In this document: piece after piece, positions 1 to 9,476 of the stretch | How positions within the stretch are numbered: position 1 is the stretch's first letter | Layout: every line of letters starts with the position of its first letter | Origin: a virus | Strand: one strand, 5' to 3' | Length of the DNA stretch: 64,000 nucleotides | Virus record (IMG/VR): IMGVR_UViG_3300032213_001813 | Span: 64,001-128,000 of that record | Program-made: the position numbers and the translations under genes | The notes under the pieces: generated by a model | The model's database searches: none | Seen by the model: only the letters and a program-made list of their open reading frames with translations | Told to the model about the DNA's origin: nothing

Positions 1-2
1 TT

Positions 3-50
3 ACGGATGGAGATTATGTATCAAACTATTATCTTGTAGAGATTAAATAA
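3..50 (+). CDS. C-terminal fragment of an upstream gene, possibly the T4-like sliding clamp
   Basis: Frame 3 reads TDGDYVSNYYLVEIK*; resembles clamp C-termini and lies just upstream of clamp-loader genes. Confidence 0.35.
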   Translation, partial: TDGDYVSNYYLVEIK

Positions 51-51
51 G

Positions 52-231
52 ATGGCAAATCAGCACTATACTGTACTTGAAGAACCACAAATACTAATAG
101 ATGATTATCTTTATGTTTGTGAGGAATGGGATATGAACTTGAAAGAGTTCCTTGTAAAGAATGCTGGTAAAGAACTTTATATCTACGGACCATCAATAGT
201 AACTAATAAAATTGTAGCAATCGTAAAATAA
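52..231 (+). CDS. small hypothetical protein (59 aa)
   Basis: ATG 52 to TAA 231, MANQHYTVLEEPQ..., fills the gap between neighbouring genes; not in ORF track. Confidence 0.6.
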   Translation: MANQHYTVLEEPQILIDDYLYVCEEWDMNLKEFLVKNAGKELYIYGPSIVTNKIVAIVK

Positions 232-237
232 TATAAT

Positions 238-1452
238 ATGAGCTTTTGGGATAGTGAACCGGAGAAACCTGTATTTGACTTTGATAGAGAGAAGGCAAAT
301 CTAATAGAAAATATGGATTACCTACTTACTATGAGTGTGGAGGAACAAACTCTATACAAAAAATGGGTAGAATTACAGGGAGATACAATGATTAAGGATA
401 AATCTCTCATAGCTTCATATTACGATTCTCAATGGAAACCAACTGATATCAACAATAAGGAGCTAACGATAAAAGAAATTGAATCGTTAGACCCTTACGT
501 TGAGATTGTAGATGATAATCCAAAAGAATCTACTAAATGGGCACAAATCCGTAGGATGATTCACACAATGGATTTTACAGCAAACCCTGGCAGAAATGTT
601 AAGATTAATGTGAAAGATAGAGTGAGTGGAAAGTTGTTGGGACAGATTTCATTGGCATCTGATGTTACTTCAATGGGTGTTAGAGATAAATTCATTGGTT
701 GGAGTAAAGATAATAAATTTGTGGATGGTAAGTTAAACCATACTACAATCGCATCTACTATCGTATGTACACAACCATTAGGATATAATTTCTTAGGTGG
801 TAAGTTGGTTGCTATGATGACTACTGTTCCGGAGGTTAGAAATCATTGGAAAACAAAATATGGTCAAACTCTTATAGCAGTTGGTACAACATCACTTTAT
901 GGTATTCACTCACAATATAATGGTATTCCACTTTTTAAAACATTAGGAGAATCAGCTGGTAAGATTAGTTTGAAGCCAGAGGATAAGTTTTATGACCCGT
1001 GGCATCATTGGTTAAAGGAGAACAGAGCAGAATGGTATAAGCAAAATATATCAGATGAAAGAGCTCGTAATGGTGCTAATATGGGTTATGAAGCTAATGG
1101 ACCTGTAAGTGGTATTAAACAAAAGATATTAGGTCAAATCTTCAAAGAGTGTGGTATCAAAGCAAACGAATACCATCACGGATTTAAGAGGGGTGTATAT
1201 CTTGCTATGATGTATGAGAACGGAAGAGAGTTTTTATGTAAGCAAATTGAAGAGGATGCGTTGATATTAAAACCTAAATTTGAGCAAGGTATCGATTACA
1301 TTAACAAATGGTGGAAGAAGCATGCTATTAGTAGATACTCTAAGTTGTATGATGAAGGTAGAATTAAACCCGAACATTTATTCTATATTGAAGGTATCGG
1401 AATGGGTTGGGATGAATTCAAAGCAAAATATTTAAAAGAAGTAGGAAGATAA
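238..1452 (+). CDS. DUF4338 / Druantia DruA-like protein
   Basis: Motif TIASTIVCTQPLGYNFLGGKLVAMM and GTTSLYG typical of DUF4338. Confidence 0.65.
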   Translation: MSFWDSEPEKPVFDFDREKANLIENMDYLLTMSVEEQTLYKKWVELQGDTMIKDKSLIASYYDSQWKPTDINNKELTIKEIESLDPYVEIVDDNPKESTKWAQIRRMIHTMDFTANPGRNVKINVKDRVSGKLLGQISLASDVTSMGVRDKFIGWSKDNKFVDGKLNHTTIASTIVCTQPLGYNFLGGKLVAMMTTVPEVRNHWKTKYGQTLIAVGTTSLYGIHSQYNGIPLFKTLGESAGKISLKPEDKFYDPWHHWLKENRAEWYKQNISDERARNGANMGYEANGPVSGIKQKILGQIFKECGIKANEYHHGFKRGVYLAMMYENGREFLCKQIEEDALILKPKFEQGIDYINKWWKKHAISRYSKLYDEGRIKPEHLFYIEGIGMGWDEFKAKYLKEVGR

Positions 1453-1775
1453 TGGGAAAACAATTAGAGTTATTTGAGGATATTGAATATTCTCCAAAAC
1501 AATCAATCAATATAAAACAACCAAATAAATACGAAGAGTGTGAGTGGTGTTTTCAATTTGATGATAACCAACCACAAGTATTTGCATGGACTGATGAAAA
1601 TATGGGTGATGATGAACCACAAGTTCAATTCACTATATCTAATAATGAACATTCAAATATAACATTTACCCATAATGATGGGAAGGTGTTTAAGATATTT
1701 GCAAGAGAGATGACAGAGAAAGGTAGAGAAATGCAACAAAAACAAAAATTATTTACACATGAAAGTAAAAATTAA
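1452..1775 (+). CDS. hypothetical protein
   Basis: ORF track; TAATG coupling with upstream gene. Confidence 0.7.
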   Translation: MGKQLELFEDIEYSPKQSINIKQPNKYEECEWCFQFDDNQPQVFAWTDENMGDDEPQVQFTISNNEHSNITFTHNDGKVFKIFAREMTEKGREMQQKQKLFTHESKN

Positions 1776-2184
1776 AAAAGTACATCCTGATGCGGTAAAA
1801 CCAAAATACGCAAAAGAAAGTGATGCTGGGATGGATTTGGTAGCAACATCTATTATAGAAAATACATCATTTCAAATAACATATGGGTTGGGTATTGCAA
1901 TGGAGATACCTGATGGAATGGTTGGATTAGTTTTTCCTCGTTCATCTATACGAAACACCGAATTGATATTAAGTAATTCAGTTGGCGTTATTGATGCTGG
2001 ATATAGGGGAGAATTACAAGCAACTTTTAATAAGTTGAATGGGTTGGATTCTATTGCATATAATGTGGGAGATAGAATTGCACAAATAATAATCGTACCA
2101 CACCCAATTGTTCAGATTGTAGAGGTAGATGAATTAAGTGAAAGTAAGAGAGGTATCGGTGGATTTGGTAGTACAGGTAAATAA
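1759..2184 (+). CDS. dut: trimeric dUTPase
   Basis: Motifs AGMDL, PRSS, GVIDAGYRGE, RIAQ, RGIGGFGSTG. Confidence 0.97.
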   Translation: MKVKIKKVHPDAVKPKYAKESDAGMDLVATSIIENTSFQITYGLGIAMEIPDGMVGLVFPRSSIRNTELILSNSVGVIDAGYRGELQATFNKLNGLDSIAYNVGDRIAQIIIVPHPIVQIVEVDELSESKRGIGGFGSTGK

Positions 2185-2190
2185 AATAAT

Positions 2191-3135
2191 ATGTCTTTTA
2201 TAGAACAAACAAAAGAAAAAGTAAACAATAGCTTATGGGTAGAAAAATATCGCCCATCTAAGTTATCGGAGTATGTAGGTAATGACCACCTAAAAGCCAA
2301 AGTAGAAGGTTATTTAGAAAGTGGAGATGTACCACATTTGTTATTGTATGGTAGAGCTGGTACTGGTAAAACCACATTAGCAAAGTTAATCGTAAATTCA
2401 ATTGAATGTGATTATATGATTATCAACGCATCATCGGAGAACAACGTAGATACAGTCCGTAACAAAGTAACCAACTTTGCATCTTCTATGGGATTCAAAC
2501 CATTTAAGATTATCATTTTGGATGAGTTTGATTATATGACTCACAACGCACAGGCAATCTTGCGTAATTTAATGGAAACATTCTCAGCACACTGCCGATT
2601 CATTCTAACGTGTAACTATGTGGAGAAGGTAATTGAACCTATCCAAAGTAGATGCCAAACATTCCAAATCATCCCACCTACAAAGAAAGATGTGGCAATC
2701 CAAATCAGTAACATCTTAAAAGCTGAAGAGATTGAGTTTGATATTAAGGATTTAGTACCTATCATAGATGCTGCATATCCTGATATTCGTAAGGTTATCA
2801 ATACTTGCCAACTTAACTCTAACAAAGGAAAGTTGAAAGTAGATGTTCAGAATCTATTAGAAAACGATTACAAAATCAAAGTATTGGATATCTTAAAATC
2901 TAATGATGATAAGAGAAACAAATATATGAATGTGAGACAGGCATTAATTGATTCAAAGGTATCTGATTTTACGGAACTATACACTTTACTATATGATAAA
3001 GTGGAAGAATATGCTGGAGAAAATACCGCTAATGTAATTCTTTTATTAGGAGATGGTGCTTATAAATCAGCATTGGTAATTGATAAAGAAATAACTGCGG
3101 CAGCAACACTTATACAAATATTAAACGCAATTTAA
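2191..3135 (+). CDS. clamp loader AAA+ subunit (RFC small / T4 gp44-like)
   Basis: WVEKYRP, Walker A GRAGTGKT, Walker B IILDEFD, SRC motif. Confidence 0.95.
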   Translation: MSFIEQTKEKVNNSLWVEKYRPSKLSEYVGNDHLKAKVEGYLESGDVPHLLLYGRAGTGKTTLAKLIVNSIECDYMIINASSENNVDTVRNKVTNFASSMGFKPFKIIILDEFDYMTHNAQAILRNLMETFSAHCRFILTCNYVEKVIEPIQSRCQTFQIIPPTKKDVAIQISNILKAEEIEFDIKDLVPIIDAAYPDIRKVINTCQLNSNKGKLKVDVQNLLENDYKIKVLDILKSNDDKRNKYMNVRQALIDSKVSDFTELYTLLYDKVEEYAGENTANVILLLGDGAYKSALVIDKEITAAATLIQILNAI

Positions 3136-3136
3136 A

Positions 3137-3397
3137 ATGGCAGGAATTATAGGAGCAGATGGTAAAGCATTAACACCACAAGAAGATGCACCATTGGATT
3201 TAACAAAAACAAACCCAATCGAATGTAAAGGTTGTGGTGGTGAGGTTTTTGTACAAGGGTTTTCATTTCGTAAAACATCTAAATTATTGACAGGTGGTAC
3301 TGAAGATGAGGTTATTCCAATCGAAGTATTTTTATGTGGAGATTGTGGTGAGTTGTTAAATGAATTATTACCAAAAGGATTAAAGGTAGAAGAATAA
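3137..3397 (+). CDS. small Zn-ribbon protein
   Basis: CKGC...CGDC. Confidence 0.6.
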   Translation: MAGIIGADGKALTPQEDAPLDLTKTNPIECKGCGGEVFVQGFSFRKTSKLLTGGTEDEVIPIEVFLCGDCGELLNELLPKGLKVEE

Positions 3398-3846
3398 TGG
3401 CAAAAGGATTGTTTGATTACATTAAGGCAATTACTAATGAACAAGACCCTAACTTTTGGGATACATTGGATGAATCGGATAAAAAAGGATGGAGTACCTA
3501 TATGGTAATTCGTTATATGACAATGAATCCCCAATGGGTAGAGTTAATAGCTGATGTACAGCCATATCTTCAGGAAGCACCACCAAAAGCAGTTTATAAA
3601 GCATTGATTGGATTACTACCAAAGAGTAGAACTTTCTTAAAATATATGAAAGCAGCTTCTTCGGAGAAGTATGAGGATTGGTTGGTTAAGTTAGTAATGC
3701 GAAAGTACGAAGTATCTGATACGGAAGCGGAAGAGTATCTTAAAATACTATATTCAACCAAAACAGGCAAAGAGCATATAAAAGAGATTGCAGAAATGTA
3801 TGGAACTGACCCTAAAATTATAACAAAATTAAAATTAGGGATTTAG
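3397..3846 (+). CDS. clamp loader small subunit (T4 gp62-like)
   Basis: LFDYIKAI start, position after gp44-like gene, size 149 aa. Confidence 0.6.
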   Translation: MAKGLFDYIKAITNEQDPNFWDTLDESDKKGWSTYMVIRYMTMNPQWVELIADVQPYLQEAPPKAVYKALIGLLPKSRTFLKYMKAASSEKYEDWLVKLVMRKYEVSDTEAEEYLKILYSTKTGKEHIKEIAEMYGTDPKIITKLKLGI

Positions 3847-3877
3847 TAGGAATTATCAACATTTTTACATATCTTTG
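3847..3877 (+). promoter_or_regulatory. Bacteroidota-type housekeeping promoter
   Basis: TAGG upstream element and TATCTTTG (3870-3877) matching TAnnTTTG. Confidence 0.6.
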
Positions 3878-3893
3878 TATATAAATAAAAAAT

Positions 3894-4760
3894 ATGGCTA
3901 GAGTTAGTTTTTCTCAATATGGTATGTGGAGTTCTTGCCCACAACAATACAAATTGAATTACATAGACAAGTTAGGAGAGAGTTCATCTAACATTCACAC
4001 AATTTTCGGCAGCAGCATGCACGAAACAATCCAACACTACCTTTCGGTGATGTATGGTGTTTCTAAAAAGCAAGCAGATGAAATCAATGTGGATAAACTC
4101 TTATTGGAGAGAATGAGAGAAAACTACAAAGTAGAGGTAGAGAAGATGAGTGAGGGAACACCTTGTTCGCAGGAGGAGTTGGAAGAGTTTTTTGGTGATG
4201 GTAGACGTATTTTAGAATGGTTTATGAAACATATCGGAAAGTTCTACTCTAAATCAGGATATGAATTAGTTGGTATTGAGATTCCATTAAATAAAGAGAT
4301 TAAGAAGGGTGTACATTTCATTGGTTATATTGATATTGTATTAAAAGATATTGCGGAGAACGCAATCGTAATCATTGACTTAAAGACCTCTACAATGGGG
4401 TGGAATAAGTATCAAAAGGAAGATAGATTAAAGAACTCACAAATTCTATTATATAAGAAATACTATTCTGAATTGTTTAATATACCATTAACAAAAATCA
4501 GAGTAGAGTTCCAAATCATGCGTAGGAAACTTCCTGAAGATTCACCATATCCTGTCCCTCGTATTTCAAAACACATTCCACCAAATGGTTCTCCATCGGT
4601 AAACAAAGTGTATGATGAATTTATGAGTTTCATTGATATTGTGTTTGATGATGAAGGTAACTTTAGAGATATTCCGTATCCAAAAGTACCAGGCAACGCT
4701 AAAAAGAATTGCAAATGGTGTGAGTTCTCTGTTAGGGGATTGTGTGATGGTAAACCTTAA
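3894..4760 (+). CDS. PD-(D/E)XK nuclease, Cas4/AddB-like with Fe-S cysteines
   Basis: N-terminal SSCPQQY, GYIDIV, IIDLKTS, C-terminal CKWCEFSVRGLC. Confidence 0.85.
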   Translation: MARVSFSQYGMWSSCPQQYKLNYIDKLGESSSNIHTIFGSSMHETIQHYLSVMYGVSKKQADEINVDKLLLERMRENYKVEVEKMSEGTPCSQEELEEFFGDGRRILEWFMKHIGKFYSKSGYELVGIEIPLNKEIKKGVHFIGYIDIVLKDIAENAIVIIDLKTSTMGWNKYQKEDRLKNSQILLYKKYYSELFNIPLTKIRVEFQIMRRKLPEDSPYPVPRISKHIPPNGSPSVNKVYDEFMSFIDIVFDDEGNFRDIPYPKVPGNAKKNCKWCEFSVRGLCDGKP

Positions 4761-4791
4761 TCCATAATTTTTCGTTTTTTTAAAATGTTTA

Positions 4792-4799
4792 TATTTATA
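4792..4799 (+). promoter_or_regulatory. putative phage late-promoter motif TATTTATA
   Basis: Recurs 20-40 nt upstream of several operon starts. Confidence 0.4.
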
Positions 4800-4826
4800 T
4801 ATACAAATATATAAAACGAAATAACT

Positions 4827-5030
4827 ATGGGTCAAAATGAAAACACAAAACTGACAACCGTAAAAATTTTGAAAGATGTGTATTCAAGTTTCAAAAAAGT
4901 ATCATTTGATTCCGATGTAACACTACAAAAGCTAGTTAATAGAACTGTGGAAAGATATGTTAGAGATGATGATTTCAGAAACGAAATGAATGAGTACTTA
5001 CAACTTCAAATAAGCGGTTCACAATTTTAA
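4827..5030 (+). CDS. ribbon-helix-helix DNA-binding protein
   Basis: TTVKI strand followed by two helices, LQKLVNRTVERY. Confidence 0.65.
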   Translation: MGQNENTKLTTVKILKDVYSSFKKVSFDSDVTLQKLVNRTVERYVRDDDFRNEMNEYLQLQISGSQF

Positions 5031-5047
5031 AAATTATTAAATAAGTT

Positions 5048-6433
5048 ATGGCAAAAAAGAAAAAGATTTTATTACTATCCGATGACTTAAGAATGGCAAG
5101 TGGTATTGCTACAATGTCAAAAGAGTTAGTATTAGGAACGGTAGATAAATACGATTGGTTTCAGGTAGGAGCCGCAATCAATCACCCCGATGCTGGGAAA
5201 ATATTAGATGTAAGTGAAGATATTCGTAAAAACTATGGTGTAGCGGATGCCAATGTTAAGATTCTTCCTTGGAATGGTTATGGTAATGCGGATTTAATCC
5301 GTCAACTGATTAACACCGAACAACCCGATGCTATTCTACACTTTACTGACCCTCGTTATTGGACTTGGTTGTATGATATAGAGCATGAGATTAGACAGAA
5401 TGTTCCACTTTTATTCTACGCAATTTGGGATGATTTACCTGACCCATTATACAATCGTAACTTCTATGAAAGTTCAGATTGGATTGGTTGCATCTCTCGT
5501 CAAACTTATGGTATTATCAAACGTTTATCTGCATTAGATGATAAACCAACTTGGAAACCTAAAGCAGATTGGCAGGTAGGTTATGTACCACATGGTATTA
5601 ACTCAAACATTTACAAACCTGCGGATGTACCTGATGAGTTCCGTAATAAAATCTTAAAAGGTAAGGAGTACGATTTTGTATTATATTGGTCAAATCGTAA
5701 CATCAGAAGAAAACAACCAGCAGATGTAATCCATGCATTCAAAGTATTTTGTGATAAGATTGGTAAAGAGAAAGCTGAAAGGGTTTGTTTACTAATGCAT
5801 ACACAACCTGTGGATGAAAACGGAACTGATTTACCAGCAGTAGTTGATGCAATTGCACCTGAATACAACATTGTATTTTCAGATAGTAGATTATCGGTAG
5901 AAGAACTTAATCTTCTTTACAATATGGCAGATTGTACTATTAACATAGCAAACAACGAAGGATTCGGATTAGCAACTGCAGAATCGGTAGTAGCTGGAAC
6001 ACCAATCATTGTAAACGTAACTGGTGGATTGCAGGACCAATGTGGATTTAAATTAGATGGTAAATATCTAACGCATGAAGATTATATTAAGATTGGTTCA
6101 CTTCACCAATGGAGAGAGTGGGAAGGTAAGTTAGAGCATGGTGATTGGGCATATCCAATTTGGAGTAGAGCATTGGCATTAGCTGGTTCAGTACCAACTC
6201 CATACATTTGGGATGATAGAGTTGATAACTACGAAGTTGCGGAAGTAATTGAGAAAGTTTACAACACACCAAAACCTGAACGGAAAGCTGCCGGTTTAAG
6301 AGGTAGAGAAGAATTTTTAGGAAATATGGGATTATCTCATACAAATATGTGTGATACATTAGTAGAAGGTATAGAAACTACATTCGAAAATTGGAAACCA
6401 AGAGAAAGATTTGAAGTATTTAAAATTAAATAA
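5048..6433 (+). CDS. GT-B glycosyltransferase (GT4-like)
   Basis: NRNIRRKQ, NEGFGLATAE motif. Confidence 0.9.
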   Translation: MAKKKKILLLSDDLRMASGIATMSKELVLGTVDKYDWFQVGAAINHPDAGKILDVSEDIRKNYGVADANVKILPWNGYGNADLIRQLINTEQPDAILHFTDPRYWTWLYDIEHEIRQNVPLLFYAIWDDLPDPLYNRNFYESSDWIGCISRQTYGIIKRLSALDDKPTWKPKADWQVGYVPHGINSNIYKPADVPDEFRNKILKGKEYDFVLYWSNRNIRRKQPADVIHAFKVFCDKIGKEKAERVCLLMHTQPVDENGTDLPAVVDAIAPEYNIVFSDSRLSVEELNLLYNMADCTINIANNEGFGLATAESVVAGTPIIVNVTGGLQDQCGFKLDGKYLTHEDYIKIGSLHQWREWEGKLEHGDWAYPIWSRALALAGSVPTPYIWDDRVDNYEVAEVIEKVYNTPKPERKAAGLRGREEFLGNMGLSHTNMCDTLVEGIETTFENWKPRERFEVFKIK

Positions 6434-6436
6434 GTT

Positions 6437-7729
6437 ATGAACAAACCTACATTAGTATTTCAAGGACCTATATTCACTCGTAGTGGATATGGTGACCATT
6501 GTAGAGATTTAATGAAATCCCTACGAAAAATGGATAAATACGATATTAAAATTATACCTTTAAGATGGGGAAGTACTCCACAAAACCAAGTAGACCCATC
6601 AACTGAATTTGGAAAATGGATGTTAGAAAGAGTCATTGGTGAAATTGGTGATAAACCCGATGTATTCTTCCAAGTTTCAGTAGCAAATGAGTTTGAACCA
6701 AAGGGGCACTATAACATTGGTGTAACTGCTGGTGTTGAAACTACAATAGCACCAAAAGATTTTATCGATGGTATGAATAAGATGGATTTAATATTAGTTC
6801 CATCGGAGTTTACAAAGCAAGTTATGGCTGGTACTGTTTATCAGCATCAAGACCAAGCTTCTGGGCAGGTTGTTGGAGAGACTAGATTAACTAAACCTTG
6901 TGAAGTCCTTTTTGAAGGAGTTGATGTTGATGTGTTTTTAAATCCATTTGGTAAAGATGTATTGGCAAATGTAAAAGAGGATTTCAACTTCTTAATTGTA
7001 GGACATTGGTTAAAAGGAGATTTGGGACAGGATAGAAAAGATATTGGTATGGCAATTAAAACATTTGCTACCGTATTCCAATATCTACCAAAGGAGAAAC
7101 GACCAGGTCTTATTGTTAAAACATCGCACGCTGGGTTTAGTGTAATTGATAGAGAAGTAACTAGAGAAAAATTAGAAGCTGTATTAAAACCATTAGGAGA
7201 TAAGTGTCCATCTGTGTATCTATTACATGGAGATATGGAAGAAAGTGATATGGCTAATCTATACCATCATCCTAAAGTTAAAGCAATGATTTCATTTGCA
7301 AAAGGTGAAGGATATGGTAGACCTATGGCTGAATTTACTTTGACAGGAAAACCAATTATAGCAAGTGGTTGGAGTGGACAGGTAGATTTTTTACCAAAAG
7401 ATAATGCAGTTCTATTGGAAGGTTCTCTAACACAGGTACATGAATCAGCAGCTGACCAATTTTGTATGAAAGAATCACAATGGTTTAGTGTAAATTATAG
7501 TTTGGCTGCAAATAAAATATATGATGTATTTAACAAATATGATATTTATATAGAGAAATCCAAAGGGTTAAAAGATAATACTCTTAAAAACTTTACATTG
7601 GATAAAATGCATGAGAAGTTTACTCAAATTATGGATGGTAATGTGAAAGCAGCTCCAAAGGTTGTACCATTTAATCTTCCAAAATTAAACAAATCACCAA
7701 TGCAGATACCAAAATTAAATAAAGTGTAA
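6437..7729 (+). CDS. GT-B glycosyltransferase (GT4-like)
   Basis: RSGYGDH, GEGYGRPMAE motif. Confidence 0.88.
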   Translation: MNKPTLVFQGPIFTRSGYGDHCRDLMKSLRKMDKYDIKIIPLRWGSTPQNQVDPSTEFGKWMLERVIGEIGDKPDVFFQVSVANEFEPKGHYNIGVTAGVETTIAPKDFIDGMNKMDLILVPSEFTKQVMAGTVYQHQDQASGQVVGETRLTKPCEVLFEGVDVDVFLNPFGKDVLANVKEDFNFLIVGHWLKGDLGQDRKDIGMAIKTFATVFQYLPKEKRPGLIVKTSHAGFSVIDREVTREKLEAVLKPLGDKCPSVYLLHGDMEESDMANLYHHPKVKAMISFAKGEGYGRPMAEFTLTGKPIIASGWSGQVDFLPKDNAVLLEGSLTQVHESAADQFCMKESQWFSVNYSLAANKIYDVFNKYDIYIEKSKGLKDNTLKNFTLDKMHEKFTQIMDGNVKAAPKVVPFNLPKLNKSPMQIPKLNKV

Positions 7730-7730
7730 A

Positions 7731-8249
7731 ATGTCATATTCAAGACAGTATTTAAAATTTGTTGAAAGTGAATACAAAGTAGGTAAGGGAATGGTAAAAC
7801 CAAGAAATATCTATAAAATACAGTCTTACGAATATGCGGATGGTAGTACAAAAACACTAACAGGTCCAAATTCAAATTATATTTTTGTATTTGGTATTTT
7901 TAATAAAAAATTATTGGGAATAAAATTTACGGAAGTATCCCCTGATAGATTTAAAGTTTGGTTTAAGACTTTATTTAGAGGCGGCTTAACGGAAAGTGAT
8001 ATTGATAATGCTAAAGAGTTATCGGAATTAATTAAAAAAAGTGGACGAGATGGTAGTGAAATGTTCAGTTCTCATATAAAAGGAAAACCTATATATGAGG
8101 GAAAGATTGAAACTTATAGAACATATAATATTGAAAGTATAAAACAAATTAAAATTGTTAATCTTAATAAAGATTACATTAAATTAATAAATAATATAAC
8201 ACCAACTCCGTTGTCTGATAAACCCAACGAAGATACTAATACTAAATAA
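7731..8249 (+). CDS. hypothetical protein
   Basis: ORF track. Confidence 0.7.
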   Translation: MSYSRQYLKFVESEYKVGKGMVKPRNIYKIQSYEYADGSTKTLTGPNSNYIFVFGIFNKKLLGIKFTEVSPDRFKVWFKTLFRGGLTESDIDNAKELSELIKKSGRDGSEMFSSHIKGKPIYEGKIETYRTYNIESIKQIKIVNLNKDYIKLINNITPTPLSDKPNEDTNTK

Positions 8250-8311
8250 TTACTAATTTAAGGTTTGTTTATATTTATCTATATAAGAATTGATTTTTAT
8301 AGAATAACGAT

Positions 8312-9316
8312 ATGGCATTAGTTAAAAGATTAGAAAAAGGAGCTCCATTGACCGCTTTGGAAATGGATGATAACCTAGATTATTTATATGGATTAATAGG
8401 TGTTGGTACATCTGGTACTGGTGGTACATCTGGTACAACCGGTTCATCTGGTACAACCGGTAGTTCTGGAAAAGATGGTACTTCTGGTACATCCGGAACA
8501 AGCGGAACAAACGGAACTGCTGGAAGTGGTGGAACAAACGGAACTGCTGGGAGTGGTGGTACTTCTGGAACATCTGGAACATCTGGTGCAAACGGAATTA
8601 ATGGTACTAACTTTGGAACTGCTGGTACATCTGGGACGAGTGGTAGTAGTGGAACATCTGCGGTAGGTTCATCTGGTTCAGCAGGAACATCTGGTACTTC
8701 TGGGACATCTGGTTCATCGGGTTCATCTGGTGTATCTGGATTTAATGGATTACCCGGTTCGTCTGGTTCGTCCGGTTTAACTGGAACATCTGGTACATCT
8801 GGTGTAAATGGTGGAAGTGGCTCAAATGGCACATCTGGTACATCTGGTTTAAACGGAACATCTGGAAAGGATGGGAGTGGTACTTCTGGTTCGTCTGGTA
8901 TAAGTGGTACATCTGGGAATGGTACTAATGGAACAGCTGGTACGTCTGGTACATCTGGATTAAGTGGAACAAATGGTGTAGCCGCAGTAGCTTCAACAAG
9001 TGGTACTTCTGGTACATCTGGTATAGCCGTTGCCGGTTCAGCTGGTTCAAGTGGAGTATCTGGAACTTCTGGTTCATCTGGTAGTTCGGTTACAATAGCC
9101 GGTTCTCCAACAAATGATGGTATTGCAACTTATGATTCAACTGCAGGTACTATTTTAATTGAAAGCGGATTTTTATTTACCGATAGTGTACTTCAAATGC
9201 CAATAAGAACATCCAATCCAGCAATACCTGTAAATGGTATGATTATGGTATCTGGTAGTGGTGCTACTGCAAAACCATATTATTATAATGGTAGTGTATG
9301 GAACGCATTCTACTAA
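8312..9316 (+). CDS. Gly-Thr/Ser collagen-like virion fibre protein
   Basis: N-terminal KGAPLTALEMDDNL virion-protein motif; long G-x-x run with x mostly T/S; small C-terminal domain. Confidence 0.75.
   Translation: MALVKRLEKGAPLTALEMDDNLDYLYGLIGVGTSGTGGTSGTTGSSGTTGSSGKDGTSGTSGTSGTNGTAGSGGTNGTAGSGGTSGTSGTSGANGINGTNFGTAGTSGTSGSSGTSAVGSSGSAGTSGTSGTSGSSGSSGVSGFNGLPGSSGSSGLTGTSGTSGVNGGSGSNGTSGTSGLNGTSGKDGSGTSGSSGISGTSGNGTNGTAGTSGTSGLSGTNGVAAVASTSGTSGTSGIAVAGSAGSSGVSGTSGSSGSSVTIAGSPTNDGIATYDSTAGTILIESGFLFTDSVLQMPIRTSNPAIPVNGMIMVSGSGATAKPYYYNGSVWNAFY
8400..9090 (+). repeat. degenerate 9-nt tandem repeat (GGTACATCT-type) encoding GTS/GSS triplets
   Basis: Directly visible in the sequence. Confidence 0.9.
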
Positions 9317-9334
9317 AATAAAATAAATAAAAAT

Positions 9335-9372
9335 AAGATGGGTAATTTTGAAAAAAGTTACCCATTTTTTTA
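9335..9372 (+). terminator. intrinsic terminator after the collagen-like gene
   Basis: ATGGGTAA...TTACCCAT hairpin followed by T-run. Confidence 0.8.
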
Positions 9373-9426
9373 TGTTTTATTTAAAAACTTTATATTTATA
9401 TATACATATATAAAGAACGAAATATG

Positions 9427-9458
9427 TTTGGATAATTAAAAAATTATTCGTATCTTTG
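9427..9458 (+). promoter_or_regulatory. Bacteroidota-type promoter
   Basis: TTTG-N20-TATCTTTG. Confidence 0.8.
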
Positions 9459-9476
9459 TAAAATATAAAATAAGTT

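Noticed and set aside
8322-8832. Pro-rich and other alternative-frame ORFs (8322-8591, 8380-8832, 8400-8666)
   Set aside because: Shadows of the GGT-ACA-TCT repeat in the real + strand gene
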